From: Oculina patagonica
Taxonomy: Eukaryota
Direction: 5' to 3'
Length of the DNA stretch: 64,000 bases
Assembly: GCF_052425735.1 (NCBI RefSeq)
Contig: NC_135769.1
Location: 18,662,001 to 18,726,000, forward strand
Shown: in pieces, positions 13,453-27,189 of the stretch
How positions within the stretch are numbered: the first letter of the stretch is position 1
How the letters are laid out: each line of letters begins with the position of its first letter
Translations under genes and position numbers: made by a program
Notes under the pieces: model-generated
The model's database searches: none
Told to the model about the DNA's origin: nothing
Seen by the model: the letters and a program-made list of their open reading frames with translations, nothing else

Positions 13453-15291
13453 CTAATGAGAAAATTTAACAGTTCCAAGAAATGGAGATAGCTCTCTGAC
13501 ATTATTTGCAATGAGGTCGACTTCTTCCTGACTGGGTAAGAAGGAGAGCCCAGAAACATTGAGCACTTCAAGAGATGGACAAGCTAAATTGATGTGGTCC
13601 ATAAGCAGTGATGTGCAAGAGATAATGTGAACTTCCTTGAGGTGTGTGCTACTCAGATTTAGCTGACATGGCCCATAACAGTTTCTCAAGGTCAGAGACT
13701 CCACCAACCCACACTGCTGGATTATGTCACCTATCGGGCAATCAAGGTTACAATATTCCAGGGATATGTGCTGAATGTTACACCTTGTAAATGCTAGTGC
13801 ATTGAGATTGCACCGCTTTAAAACAAGATGGCCAATTTTGACAGGGTTTGACCTATTTCTAAAATTCAGCCTTGTAAATTCAGCTGGCTTGATAAGGTCC
13901 AGCCTCCTTTCAAAATTCACCTCTAGGTATTTGACCTCATCAGCATCAATGCTGACTTTCCGAAGGTAAGGAACGTCATTAATGACAATCTTCTTGACAT
14001 CATGCGACAATACTGACATCACTTTCAAGATGGTGGATCTAGTCATTGATTTCTTGATGAGGAGTTGCTGTAGTTTAGGACAGCGAATGTCAACTGCAGT
14101 CAAACGCTCTCCATTGTCAAAGATTGTAACTTTCTCCAGTGATGGAGTTGAATGCTGATCAAGTCTTAAGCTTGACCAGTACACCTCAAGCTCTAATAAC
14201 TTGATATCTGGATTTCTAACCAAAAGGCTGATAAGTTCAGCTGGGGCGAGAGCATTACATCTTCTAACTTTCAACTCGCGTAAAGAGCTTGCAGAGATTC
14301 TCCTAAAGTTGCGCACCTCAACACAGAGCAACAGATGCAGGGTCCTCAATGCAGATGCCTCAATGCTCAGCTCACTCACAGAGGTACAGCCATTCAAGGT
14401 TAGCTTTTTTAGGCGAGGAAATGTAAAGTGGAACTCGGCAAAGTCTCCAACTTGGAAAAGCTCCACTTCTTGTAGTGATTTGGAGTTCAACTGAAGCAGC
14501 TGAATAGATGGCAAACCATGAATTTGGTCATTTCCATAGCCAAATTTTCTCAATCCTTTCAATTTTTTAATAGTGTCTTTGAGATCAGAAGACTCCATCC
14601 TCACTCTCTCCAGCAACAGGCATGTTATGTGGTGGCTGTACCTGGAAGACACAACACCTTTTACTGCAGCAACAGAAGCTGGCTTGATTACTGAATATTG
14701 CAAACCAAAGCTTTTCACTTGAGGAAAACTTTCGACAATGTACTGCAAATCATCCTGGTTGAAAATTCCTTCTGATATCAGTGAAGCTTCCAAGAATACA
14801 CTCTTAAGTGATTTGGGGCATTTTAACATTCTGAGTAGTCTTTTTGACCATGGCATTCCAGTTATTTCAAGGGTATTCAAAGCTGTAAGAGAAGACGCAT
14901 AAATCAGCAGGATTTCTGTGAACAGTTCGTGGCATTTTTGTAGCTGAACAAGCTTAATAAAGCGGCAAAATCTTTTCAGAATGTTTTTGAATCAAAGAAT
15001 GAAGAGTTTATATGTGGGGTTTTTTTCTTTTTGTTTTTTTTTTTTAACAAGAGTAGTATTCTCATAGCTGCAGTTTCTGACATTTGTCAGGGTGATGTTT
15101 TCCCAAAGTGTAGGATCGGGATTTGTGAAGATAAGGTCTCGCCACTTCTTGCACACTAAGCTTAGCGTAAAAAGATCATCGTGAACTGGGTGAAATTGTT
15201 TGAAAATGGTCAACCACAACTCTGATGGCAAAGCTGGCAAAGCATAGTCAAACCCAGTAAGATTATGGCGTTCTTGCTCAAAGGATGCCAT
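13453..15291 (-). CDS. F-box / leucine-rich-repeat protein, interrupted by an A-rich tract ending in an in-frame TGA (14992-14994)
   Basis: F-box motif LPSELWLTIF...LSLVCKKWRDL...LW in ORF 14992-15291. Repeated LxxLxL..C LRR units in ORF 13453-14880. Both ORFs share one frame, and the 37 codons between them (FKNILKRFCRFIKLVQLQKC...) are open and LRR-like. Confidence 0.8.
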
Positions 15292-15824
15292 ACTGCGCTA
15301 TCCAGCCTTCTAGCTTAATAAATTTAGTAGCGGTAGAAATGTATCCCATGGCTTCTCTTTGGAAAAGAAGACCATAAAACAACGGCCAAAACATCACATA
15401 AATAAATTTCACGAAGGCAGCCGTGCGAGCCGCCATGTTTATCTGCTAGCCTCGCTTCAGCGATGCAAAAAATGTTTTCAGGGACTAGGCCTCAGGAAAA
15501 GCCTTGTGCTAGATCTCTACGCGCAATTTTGGCTTTTTACAGTTGGTAAATCGGATAAAAATCGAGTAAGTAGACCGATCAATTGTTATGTATTAAATGT
15601 TATTTCACACAATCAAATCAAAAGGTTTTTTTTTCGATAGGTCTTCCTCCAGAGAAACGAAAAAACATCCCCACCCTACCTCCTATGTTACGTAGTTTTG
15701 TAGTGCATGATGCGCGGAACGCGGGAGTTCTAAACTCCGTGAAGTCCGCCATATTTTTATTTTGTGCCAACTTGGGCTCGCTTCAACTTCATTTAAGTTT
15801 AAATTTAATTCACTCCAGAAGACA
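15292..15824. promoter_or_regulatory. Probable bidirectional promoter between the F-box/LRR gene and HAUS2
   Basis: 533 bp between divergent ATGs, CpG retained, and YY1-like CCGCCAT motifs at ~15430 and ~15746. Confidence 0.55.
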
Positions 15825-18800
15825 ATGTTTCGTTCATCCTTTGTAGAGGAGACAGCGAACCCTTGGTCACCGTCTTCGACGTATATTCACGTTGGTTCTT
15901 TACAAAATATCCTAACTTTTGCCGAAAAGACTGGTCACATTGACAGGGTAGGTGCAGGGATTTTTGAATTTTCTCTCGTTCTTTATTAGCATTTACTATC
16001 CTGAAATAAAAAAAAACAAAAGACTGAGGATGGCTCCCTGGCTGCCAACTCTAATAGCTCAGAAATTTGAAGCATATGTTATTGTAAAATTTTAAAAACT
16101 TGTCCCTTAAAAGTTTTTCTTTATAATCTGCGTGTAGAGGAATGTCAATATGGAAGAAATTAGGCGAAAAGTGGATGCGAACTCTCCATCAGTGGCCTTG
16201 ATAAGATTACTGCGAGAAATCACAAGACTTGGTAAAGCTTTAGACAAGGTAATGTATGGAAAATAGTGCCACTTGCACAGAAACAGCGCCACTTGGCACA
16301 CAGTATATAGTGTGGCCCCAGTTGCTCCCACAACAGACTGTCAACACTTGTTGGCCGACTATTGGCTAACACTTTACCGACAGATTGACAGCTGGCTACT
16401 GACAGATTTTTTTTCTTAACAATTAAATTTGAACACTATGTGTTTTCCGGGGAGGAGATTGCGGGAGTGGCACGCTGGTGGGGGGATTCTCTTTGGCAAC
16501 TGGTATTTTGCAAAATGCAGAATGATGGAATGGTTGAATGAAAGACGGCAATACTGTAGTATAATGTCATACCCAACAACTGAAAGCTTACCGCAAGAAA
16601 ACTGGAGTGAAAATCTAACTGCAAGCAAACCAGAGTGAAAAAGCTAACTGCAAGCAAATCAAAGTGAACACTTACTGCAAGCAACTGCTCACCATCATTC
16701 TGCGTTTTGCATTCTACAAAATACCACTTCCGGATTCTTTTTGTGGCCTTCATTATACTGCTGGATCCAGGGTAAAAATGCACTCAAGCCATACCCACCC
16801 CCCCCCCCCCTAAAAAAAATGGATTGTGGCACCTTCAAGGGACCTTTTAAAAAATTTATAATGAGCACCCCTATCTTTTTTTGTGGTTTTATACCAGTTG
16901 CCCCACTACAAGATAACACAACTTTTGTTGAACAATCAGTCAATCAAGCTATCAGCAACTTTAATTTAGAAACAAAAATTTTTGACAAATTTCCTGAAAT
17001 AGGTTAAGACCCCTTGGGAAACATTATGGCGTCTGCATGCACTGCAGGCTGTTTATCTTCATTTGTCTCCTTTTAATATCAAAACTTGAAACAATATATA
17101 TGGGGAAATTGCTTATAATACTTCAAACCAAAACAAGAACAGAACAAACATTCAAAAATGGAGGATGGCTATGCCATGCCAGGCTAATCAATCCCTAATC
17201 AACCACTTATTAACACAAACATTCAAATCATTCTGCTTTTAAATATCAGGGATTTTGATTAGTAATCAAATTAAATTTGATCAACTTTTTTAATTTTTAA
17301 TATTTTTTATGCAAAAAAGGTAAATTTGGAAATTCAGGGCCATTTAAAGGAAGCAGAAACAAAGGACATTACTCATGTGGACATACTTGGTAGGTTTTTA
17401 TTTCTGTCACAGCTACCTTGATTTGAGACCACCAATAAGCTAGTTTGCACTTTGGCCAGTTGTCAGGCTGTTTAGTTGAGGTTAAAACATGTACCATGTA
17501 ACAATATTATGTCTCTTAAGATCAGTTGATTCACTTACAGTAGTTTGTCAATGTATGTGAACTCAGTGACTCTAAAGTTGAGCAGTTAATTATTCTAATA
17601 TTAAGCCTGTGCCAGACCATGTGACCCATACCACCCATGCTTGTCCCAGTTTTTGTAGCATTAAGCGTCAGGCTGACCAGGGGTTTCATTAAGGACCAAG
17701 ACAAAATTGGGCAAATTGATTGACTGTGAACATAACTTAATTCCCTGGTTGTTTTCAACATCTAAACCAACTTCAGTTTAACAAAGAGGTTAGGGCCTTG
17801 CTGATACTTTGCCAGCGTGCAAAACCCTGATGCCCACCAGCTCCAAACTTAAATGAATACCATGACTCAGGGGTTTTTCTACTCCTCCCTGGATGAAATG
17901 GTAGTCCATTGCAGGGTTACCCCAGCACTGAATTTACCTGTACTCATTTCTACACCCAGATGGAAAGAAGCACTGTAAGAGTTAGTGTCTTGCCCAAGAA
18001 CAAAATGCAATGAGCCCTGCCAGGGCTTGTTTCAAACATGCAAATAAATTATTTTAAAATATATCAATTTCTACATGAACTGTATTATAGATCAGTAAAA
18101 ATATATTCTTGGTCATGCTACTTTGTCATACAAAACAAGGACACTCCAACTGTTAACCTCTCCTGGTTTCTTTGCACTTACTAAAGTGCCACAGTATCTC
18201 TGATTCTTTGCAGCAACACTCTGCCATTTGTGTTTCACAATATGAACGTAACAATTTGGTTACCATGGCGGCATACTAGGTTCCAGATCCCCCGATGCTA
18301 AAGGCTTTTCTGTCCAATTCTGGCAATCTTTTTTGATATTTGCCGATGATGCTTTACATGCATGAACTGGCAAGCATGTGAATGGATAAGGCAGACATCT
18401 TGCCTGGGTTTCATTTTTCCAAACTGAAAAATTCTAAAATTTAAAAACACAAACAAATGGTGATGACTTGAAAAGAGTGAGTTGCCATGGTAACATAATT
18501 TTATGAAAACTTCAAGTGTGTCACCTGTTGAACTATTAGTCTGCCAAGTTTCATTGGTCTCTGCAGACAGATGGCCGAGATAACTCAATTTTTGTACTTG
18601 ACATAAAATTGGGTTGAGTAGATGACGTCATCAGATATATTTTGAAAATGGAAACTTAATTTTGAATCTTTTGTAAATACTCTATGAAATGCCTAAAATT
18701 TCTATGTGTGAAAAGTTGATCATAGTACTTAGCGGAAAATAAAATAATTTATGTACTTCACTTATGTACAGGAAGTAGATGTCACCAGCTAGAACAGATC

Positions 18801-20603
18801 TCTGGTCAGTTGTCCACCATCATCGAGAAAAAGGATGAGCTCATTTCTAGACTGCAACAGCCCTTTGTAGGGGAATTCCTGGAAATAGATGCAGCACATC
18901 ACAAGTAAGAAAATTTGTGTTCGATTTATTTATTTGGGGGGGTCTCTACTGTCTGAAAATGGCTTCTGAATAATTATTGAGAATACCATAATGTGTTCCA
19001 GGGGATGGAGCAAGTTTTTTAGTTCAGCCCTTTTCAGCCAATGTGCAACTGCGTAGTTACATTACCATCTATCGTCTCATAACCAGGCAATACAGAATAC
19101 AAGTGGATTAATCAGTTGTGGCCAGAAAAAAATGTAGTGTTTGAGTGTGTTACTAGGAACAAGTATATTCTTTAGTTGAAATGAGATAAATAATAATAAT
19201 AATAAATAATTTACTTATATTGCGCAATTATCAATTTAAAAATTTTCAATTGCGCATTACAATATAGTTAAAAAAAAAAACTAAAAATTTAAAATTTAAA
19301 TTCACAAGCTAAAAAAGATTAAAATGTATATGACTATAAAAAGAAATGTACAATTAAAAAGCTTTTAAAAATAAAAAGGTCTTGATGGCTTTCTTAAAAC
19401 TTTGCAGAGATGGCATGTTTCTTATTTCACTTGGAAGATCGTTCCATAATTTAGGGGCGGCCACATGAAAAGAGCGATCCCCAAGCGTTGCGAGTGATTT
19501 ACATTGGCTATAATTAAGGCGTAAACCATTGTTGGAACGCAGGTAATGTCTTCCAGCAGTTTCTCTAACGGAAATAAGTTCACTTATGTAGGCTGGAGCA
19601 AGACCATGTACGGCTTTAAAAGTAATCAACAAAATTTTAAAAACTATACGATATGTAACAGGCAACCAGTGCAATGACTTGAGCAGAGGTGTGATGTGGC
19701 AATATCTGCTCTCTTGGAAAATCAATCGCGCAGCTGCATTCTGAACCCTTTGTAATTTTTGAAGATGGCGTTCAGGCACTCCAAATAGGAGACTGTTACA
19801 ATAGTCAAGCCGGCTTGATATAAAAGCATGAATCAGTGTTTCTGTGCATTCTTTGGTTAAGAACCTTCTAATTCTTCTAATTTCTCACTAATATCTAATT
19901 TCTCACTGGCCTTGTACAATTTCTCACTGGCCTTGTACAACTTTTAAAGGAGTTTTGGTTAGGCTTATATGTATTTGAAGCAACTTATGAACAGTGTTAA
20001 AAAGCTGTTTGGAAAGGAGCTAACAAGAATCAACTTTATATGTTGTAAGAAAGCATTTAGATTTAAACTCAACCTTCAAAATTGACCATTGTCTATATTC
20101 TGTTTTAAGTGAAATTTTTTATGATCATAAGTTGGAGTCATGTTGAATAACTGAACCTTCTTTTCATTTTCATTGTTCTTCTTGCCAGGAACACAGCAGA
20201 GGTTTTGCCCATGATTTCGTCAGACTTAGCCAGCTTTCCAACGCTGCTGGAAAACATTTCGTGGATAAGAAATTTCTCACTGGCAGATGGCCAGTTGGTA
20301 AGTACATAAATTATAAGTCAGACATTTATGATCTAGCTTGTGTTGTATATTGTGGTCAACCTCACTGAAATTTGTCAAGTCAGCTCATAAGGAGGTGCCG
20401 TGCTAGTTTATGTAACAATTCTGACCAATAGAGAGATACTTCTCTACCTAACTGTTTGTGTGTGTTGTTTCTAGATGTCAATCCTGTCTTCCATCGAATC
20501 TTCATTTGCTGAAATACAGAGTTTTTACCAGGCTCTGTGTCAGAGTCGAAATCTTATGTCACACCTTCAAGAAGAACTTGTTAAACAAAGGGATGCACTG
20601 TAA
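15825..20603 (+). CDS. HAUS2: HAUS augmin-like complex subunit 2, six exons: 15825-15947, 16138-16248, 17320-17389, 18772-18904, 20189-20297, 20475-20603 (224 aa)
   Basis: All introns are GT-AG with consistent phases (0,0,1,2,0). The spliced product has ANPWSP, NLEIQ...ETKDITHVDIL and RCHQLEQ...KDELISRLQQPFVGEFLEIDAAHHK, which I recognise as HAUS2/AUG2 motifs. AATAAA follows at 20607. Confidence 0.88.
19187..19882 (-). mobile_element. 5'-truncated L2/CR1-group LINE (RT C-terminus plus 3' tail) in HAUS2 intron 4
   Basis: SRLDYCNSLL..LQRVQNAAARLI..HITPLLKSLHWLPV..GDRSF..APKLWNDLP, then a 3' stem-loop (TGCGCAATT..AATTGCGCA) and an (ATT)n tail. Confidence 0.9.
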
Positions 20604-21334
20604 ATTAATAAATGGATTATTAGTACCAAACATAGTGGCTACATTTAAAAATGCATAATTATAGCCTTCTAACTACAAGGTTCACCCAGCCAGGGGTATA
20701 TAAGTCTTATGAACTAGAATCCAGTTTGCTAACCATTAGGGTCACTGCACCTCCAACAAAAGATACTGTGTAAACAATCACATGCAGGGTGAACAAATGG
20801 ATTTAATAATAATAGTAAACAAATAGATGCACTGTAAAGGAATAAGTCCTACAGTGAAAACTGTGGGATAATACGCTGTAGTCAGATTTAAATTCATCCA
20901 GTTTACAGTAATGTATGCACTACAAACAATGAAATATTGATCAAGTGTAAAAAATAGAAACAGACAGAGTAAACAAATGATTACAGTGTGACTTTGTAAA
21001 CTGTAGACTGCAAACAGATACAGTGTATCATAGCAGATGCAGCACTTGTAAGGAATACAGTCTAAACAAAAGTTACAGTACTAGTGTAAAATAATGTAAT
21101 AAATGAATACAGTGAAAAGCAAAAAGATGCAGTCAGTGTAGCCAAATGGATACAGGTGAAACAAAATGATACACTGTAAATACATTATTCACTTACAGTG
21201 TATAATACAATCAAAGCAAGTATAGTGTACACAAATAAATGTGGTATAACAAAATTTACACACTAAGCAAATGGATACAGTGGGAGACAAAGGTACACTG
21301 GATACATCTGCTTACATTGTAGTTGCCTGGATAT

Positions 21335-22410
21335 AGTGTAAACAGCTGAAGCACTGTAAACAAAAATATATACTGTAAACAACTGGATACAGTTCTAGTG
21401 TAAGCAGTTGTTAACACTGTAAACAAAAATATACACTATAACAACTGGATCAAAACACTGTAAACAAAAATATGCACCGTAAACAACTGGATACAGTGCT
21501 AGTGTAAACAGCTGACAACACTGTAAACAACTGGATACAGTTCTAGTGTAAACAGCTGACAACACTGTAAACAAACATGTACACTGTAAACAACTAGATA
21601 CAGTGCTAGTGTTAACAGCTGACAACACTATAAACAAAAATGTAGATTGTAATAACTGGATGCAGTGCTAGTGTAAACAGCTGACAACACTAAACAAAAA
21701 TACAAACTTAACAACTAGATACAGTGTTTGTGTTAACAGCTGACAACACTAAACCAAAATATACACTGTAAACAACCGGATACAGTGCTAGTGTAAACAG
21801 CCGACAACACTGTAAACAAAACATACACTGTAAACAACTGCATACAGTGCTAGTGTAAACAGCTGACAACACTAAACAAAAATAAAATATACATTGTGAC
21901 AACTGGATGCAGTGCAAGTAAAAAAAAGCTGACAACACTAAACAAAAATACACACTGTAAACAACTGGATACAGTGCTAGTGTAAACAGCTGACAACACA
22001 GTAAACAAAACACACTGTAAACAACTGGATACAGTGCTAGTGTAAACAGCTGACAACACTGTAAACAGAAATATACACTGTAAACAACTGGAAACAGTGC
22101 TAGTGTAAACAGCTTACAATACTGTAAACAAAAATGTACAATGTTAACAACTGGATACAGTGCTAGTGTAAACAGCTGACAACACTTAACAAAACATACA
22201 CTGTAAACAACTGGTTACAGTGTTAGTGTAAACAGCTTACAACACTAAACGAAAATGTACACTGTTAAAAACTGGATACAGTGTTAGTGTAAGCAGCTAA
22301 GAACACTGTAAGCAAAAATGTACACTGTTAACAACTGGATACAGTGCTAGTGTCCACATTGTAATCAACACAACACTAATCAAAAATTTTCACTGTAAAC
22401 AGTGTGAACA
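21335..22410. repeat. Minisatellite, ~62-bp unit, ~17 copies, with degenerate ~20-bp subunits extending to ~20760 and ~22600
   Basis: Unit like ACACTGTAAACAAAAATATACACTGTAAACAACTGGATACAGTGCTAGTGTAAACAGCTGACA, recurring about every 60-65 bp. Confidence 0.95.
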
Positions 22411-22616
22411 AAAAGACCACAAAAATCAAATCTTTGTAAACAAATACTCTTTATCAAAAACAAAAAAGAGAAACCACAAATGGATCTGTTATACATAACC
22501 AGTACAACTGAAACACATTTGTACACTTATGCAAGGAAATGCACTGTAAACAAATAGATACAGTGTAAACAAACCAGTAAACTGTAAACAAGTGGATCTT
22601 AAATGTAAATAGATTA

Positions 22617-23487
22617 TAGTCAACTCTCTCTTGACGAACAACTGTATAAGACGGACACCTCCATAAGACGGACACCTGGTGATGGTCCCTGCCGTTTTTC
22701 AGTCATTTTACTGTAACCAAACTTCCTATAAGACGGACACCTCTCTAAGACGGACAAGGGACACTTTGAAATCATTAACAGACACTTGGGAAGTGTTTAT
22801 TATCATTTTTTATTAGTGAAAATACTTCCAAACTTCATATCGACCTAAAGCAAAGTTAGTCAGCGCCCTAAGGATACGTTTATACCAAGCTTACTAACCA
22901 AAAACAATGACGCTTTAACGGATTACTTCTCTGCTTACGTGTATTGACACTAAAGTAGGGGTCATGAATGGTCCCTCAAAATGTCACAGTGCTCGCAATG
23001 CTCGCAAATGCTCGCAAAATTTTAGTGGGTGCTCGTTTGCTCGTGCTCGCACAATTTTACAAGTGCTCGCATGCTCGGTTTTTAGTGAAGCTAGGTTTTT
23101 GAAAAGTGCTCGTTGCTCGCAAGGCTAATTTTTGTCAATGCTCGTGCTCGCAAAGAAAAACGCTGTGCTCGCATGCTCGCAAGTGCTCGCATGCTCGCAA
23201 GTGCTCGCAAAGACCATTTGATACCCCTTAAAGTGGTCGTTTTCTACTTACAGTATTACAGTTTGTAGAAGCTCTCAATTTTTGCTTTAAAAAGCAAATA
23301 TGGTCCTTTTATTATTTTAGTCGTGTTGCAGGTAGCAAAGGTTTGTTGCATTGTGCAACGGTTTAGCGTTATTATCTCAGATGATTACTGGTGTTATGTT
23401 ACTTCGACTCTCTACAGAGTGGACACCTCTCTAAGACAGACAGCTGCGGCCGGTCCCGAAGGTGTCCATCTTAGAGAGAGTTGACTG
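22617..23487. mobile_element. Tc1/pogo(Tigger)-like MITE with TA flanks, carrying a nested element
   Basis: TIR (C/T)AGTCAACTCTCTCT / AGAGAGAGTTGACTG, with internal AAGACGGACACCTC repeats. Confidence 0.8.
22957..23228. mobile_element. Nested MITE full of TGCTCGCA repeats, with a 6-bp TSD
   Basis: Termini AGGGGTCATGAATGGTC / GACCATTTGATACCCCT; TAAAGT on both sides (22951-22956, 23229-23234). Confidence 0.75.
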
Positions 23488-24859
23488 TACACAATCTCTT
23501 AGTTAACTTGGTCCTTCAGCTTGTTTGTGTGTTTATATGTTTATAATTTTTGTACCTGACCCAAATAAAAATAAATAAATAAATAAAATGATGTAAACAC
23601 TATAGATGGTTGCCCAGTTTTTAATTAGCCCATTATGATTATTTTGGGCAGCCATATACTCATTTTATTTTATCACCACTAATTAATATTAATTTTGGGT
23701 ACAAATAAAGTTGATGTCAAGGCAATGCAAACAAACAAATATACTGTACATTCAGCACATAGTAGTAACATCAGGATACACTAAAAACAAAGAAATACAG
23801 TGTACTGAACTAATGTACATGATGTAAACCAACCAATACTCTGTAAATGAAAGGATACAATGTCAACAAACATCTACACACACTGTACAACAAATGGTAT
23901 ACAGAAAATTAACTAATTCACTGTTAATTGGATATCATGTATACTAAATAATTATCAATGATTTTTGTTCTTATTATTTTGACGTGATTCATGAAATAGA
24001 CTGATCAATATCTTTTAAATGCGTGTATTTTACAAGGACAACCAGTTTACTTTAATTTAGAAAGAAAGACCATCCTCCTAAGTTTTAACAGGTTCAAACA
24101 ATAAACTGAAAGATTTACCAACAGTGGATTGAAAAGACCGGGGAGTATGTTTACGGTATGTAACGATAAGTTTTAGGGCTGTAGAGCGCTTTTGCCAACA
24201 CTAGCGAGCTTGGCAAATATGAAACTTGACGAGTTGAATACTTCACGTGGTCGCGAGACGGAACTGTTCAGCAAACAGGGTTTTGCTAACGAAGGTGGGG
24301 AACGGGGAATAGCTTGGTAGAGCTAACCGCTTTGCAGCCGGCACTCGTTACAGTATGCCAGAAGTACAGAGTCAAGTTTCTACGTCCCAAGAAGCGAGGA
24401 AGCACCTACAATCACTGAAACTCTTCTGGAACACAGCAAACTTCTTTATTGTAGAGTAAACTTCTTAACATTTCACAGCTCGTTGTAAACAATCGTAGGG
24501 AATAATCGAGGTCATCAAGGTAATCGGTACAACAGTTTCCGCATGACTTATATACCCTGATCACAGTTTGTTATTCTTCACAGGTGTATGATGATACGTT
24601 ACTAACCCTGATCATTTAATTTACATGCGTTTATTGTTGACAGATGAATGATGCGTTACAAATTTGCCTTTGTTATTTTTTACTCTATTAAGCCAGTTTC
24701 TAACCCTGATCTCAGTTTGTTATTCTTCACAGGTGTATGATGATGCGTTACTAACCCTGATGTTTTAGTTTTACATGCATCTTGACAAGACCTATTTAGC
24801 AACCAAGGGCAAAACATATACGTCTGGTAAGTGAAAAATTTCTTACTAATCTGGCTGTG

Positions 24860-26460
24860 CTTGTTATTGTTTACTCTACAACTGTATGATGCGTTACCTA
24901 TCTTATGTTATTGTTTACAATACAGATGTATGATGCGTCACTTATCATCTTATGTTGTTGTTTACTCTGCAAATGTATGATGCGTTACATATCTTATGTT
25001 ATTGTTTATTCTACAAATGTATGACGCGTTACATATATTCTTATGTTATTTTACTCTACAAATGTATGATGCGTTACATATCTTATGTTATTGTTTACTC
25101 TACAAATGTATGATTCGTTACATATCTTCTTATGTTATTGTTTACTTACAAATGTATGATGCGTTACCTATCTTATTATGTTATTGTTTAGTCTACAAAT
25201 GTATGATGCGTTACCTATCATCTTATGTTATTGTTTACTCCGCAAATGTATGATGCGTTACATATCTTATTTTGTTATTGTTTACTCTACAAATGTATGA
25301 TGCGTTACCTATCTTATTATGTTATTGTTTGCTCTACAAATGTATGATGCGTTACCTATCATCTTATGTTATTATTTACTCTGCAAATGTATGATGCGTT
25401 ACCTATCATCTTATGTTATTGTTTACTCTACTAATGTATGATGCGTTACCTATCATCTTATGTCATTGTTTACTCTACAAATGTATGATGCGTTACCTAT
25501 CATCTTATATTATTGTTTACTCTACAAATGTATGATGCGTTACAATCTTATCATGTTATTGTTTTCTCTACAAATGTATGATGTGTTACCTATCTTATTA
25601 TGTTATTGTTTACTCTACAAATTTATGATGCATTACCTATCTTATTATGTTATTGTTTACTCTACAAATGTATGATGCGTTACCTATCATCTTATGTTAT
25701 TGTTTACTCTACTAATGTATGATGCGTTGCCTATCTTATTATGTTATTGTTTACTCTACAAATGTATGATGCGTTACCTATCTTATTATGTTATTGTTTA
25801 CTCCGCAAATGTATGATGTGTTACCTATCATCTTATGTTATTGTTTACTCTACTAATGTATGATGCGTTGCCTATCTTATTATGTTATTGTTTACTCTAC
25901 AAATGTATTACGCGTTACCTATCATCTTATGTCATTGTTTACTCTACAAATGTATGATGCGTTACCTATCATCTTATATTATTGTTTACTCTACAAATGT
26001 ATGATGCGTTACAATCTTATCATGTTATTGTTTTCTCTACAAATGTATGATGCGTTACATATCTTATTTTGTTATTGTTTACTCTACAAATGTATGATGC
26101 GTTACCTATCATATTATGTTATTGTTTACTCTACTAATGTATGATGCGTTACCTATCATATTATGTTATTGTTTACTCTACTAATGTATGATGCGTTACC
26201 TATCTTATTATGTTATTGTTTACTCTACAAATGTATGATGCGTTACCTATCATCTTATGTTATTGTTTACTCTACAAATGTATGATGCGTTACCTATCAT
26301 CTTATGTTATTGTTTACTCTACAAATGTATGTTGCGTTACCTATCATCTTATGGTATTGTTTACTCTACAAATGTATGATGCGTTACAATCTTATCATGT
26401 TATTGTTTACTCTACAAATGTATGATGCGTTACATATCTTCTTTTGTTACTGTCTACTAT
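24860..26460. repeat. Minisatellite, 47-bp unit, ~34 copies
   Basis: Unit TGTTATTGTTTACTCTACAAATGTATGATGCGTTACCTATCTTATTA with minor variants. Confidence 0.97.
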
Positions 26461-27189
26461 ACAAAGAACTGAGGGGTTACCTATCTTCTTATCATTACAA
26501 AATATTTTTAATCTATAGCTGGGCTGTGTTGTGGATTTTTTTTGCAAAAACATTTATTGGAGAAATTACCAACAACTTAACAATAGACAGCTTAAATTGC
26601 GTTGAGTTACTAGTTACAGCCAAGGAAGATTTCGATACAATACTAAAATTTAGGTACAATACGTACAAAGGTCAAGTAAGGGCCTTTATCCTGAAACGTT
26701 TTTTTTTCACATGATTTGCCAGATAAATTATAATACAAGTTTAATTTTTCTACTTATATGATGACTTACATAAAAATTCTTAACTTACTCACTACCTAGT
26801 TAATAATACATTCACAGGAAATGGCTGGCTTACATTTTATTTAAAGGATGATTTTTGATTTGCACGTGCTCTTTTTATTAGATAGTTAACGTTTTAGGAA
26901 AGCAAGGACGGCGTCCAAATAGTACTGTTCTCATGAAGCAGAGAACATTAAGAGATGAAACAATCAAACTCTCTGAATGACTTTAAAATGAACTCAAAGC
27001 TTCACGTTGAATTTGATAGCAAAACAGTTGATAATGCGGCTTGCAACAAAGATGCTTGCCTTACGAACAATATAAAATCTTCTAGCCATACATGAACTTC
27101 CTTGAACATAATTTTTAATTGCCATATTTGTATTACAATTTTAAACAATATAATGACATATCAACCTAGTAAATGGCCCATCTCACAAC

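Noticed and set aside
24860-26460. CRISPR-like array
   Set aside because: Contiguous repeats without unique spacers, no cas genes, eukaryotic context.
26590-26665. Candidate last exon of HAUS2 (VELLVTAKEDFDTILKFR loosely resembles the HAUS2 C-terminus)
   Set aside because: Phase is incompatible with exon 5, and 20475-20603 already gives an in-phase terminal exon with stop and AATAAA.
21395-26714. Cys/Tyr/Leu-rich repetitive ORFs in the two minisatellites
   Set aside because: These are translations of tandem repeats whose unit lengths (47 and ~62 bp) are not multiples of three, so frames shift constantly.
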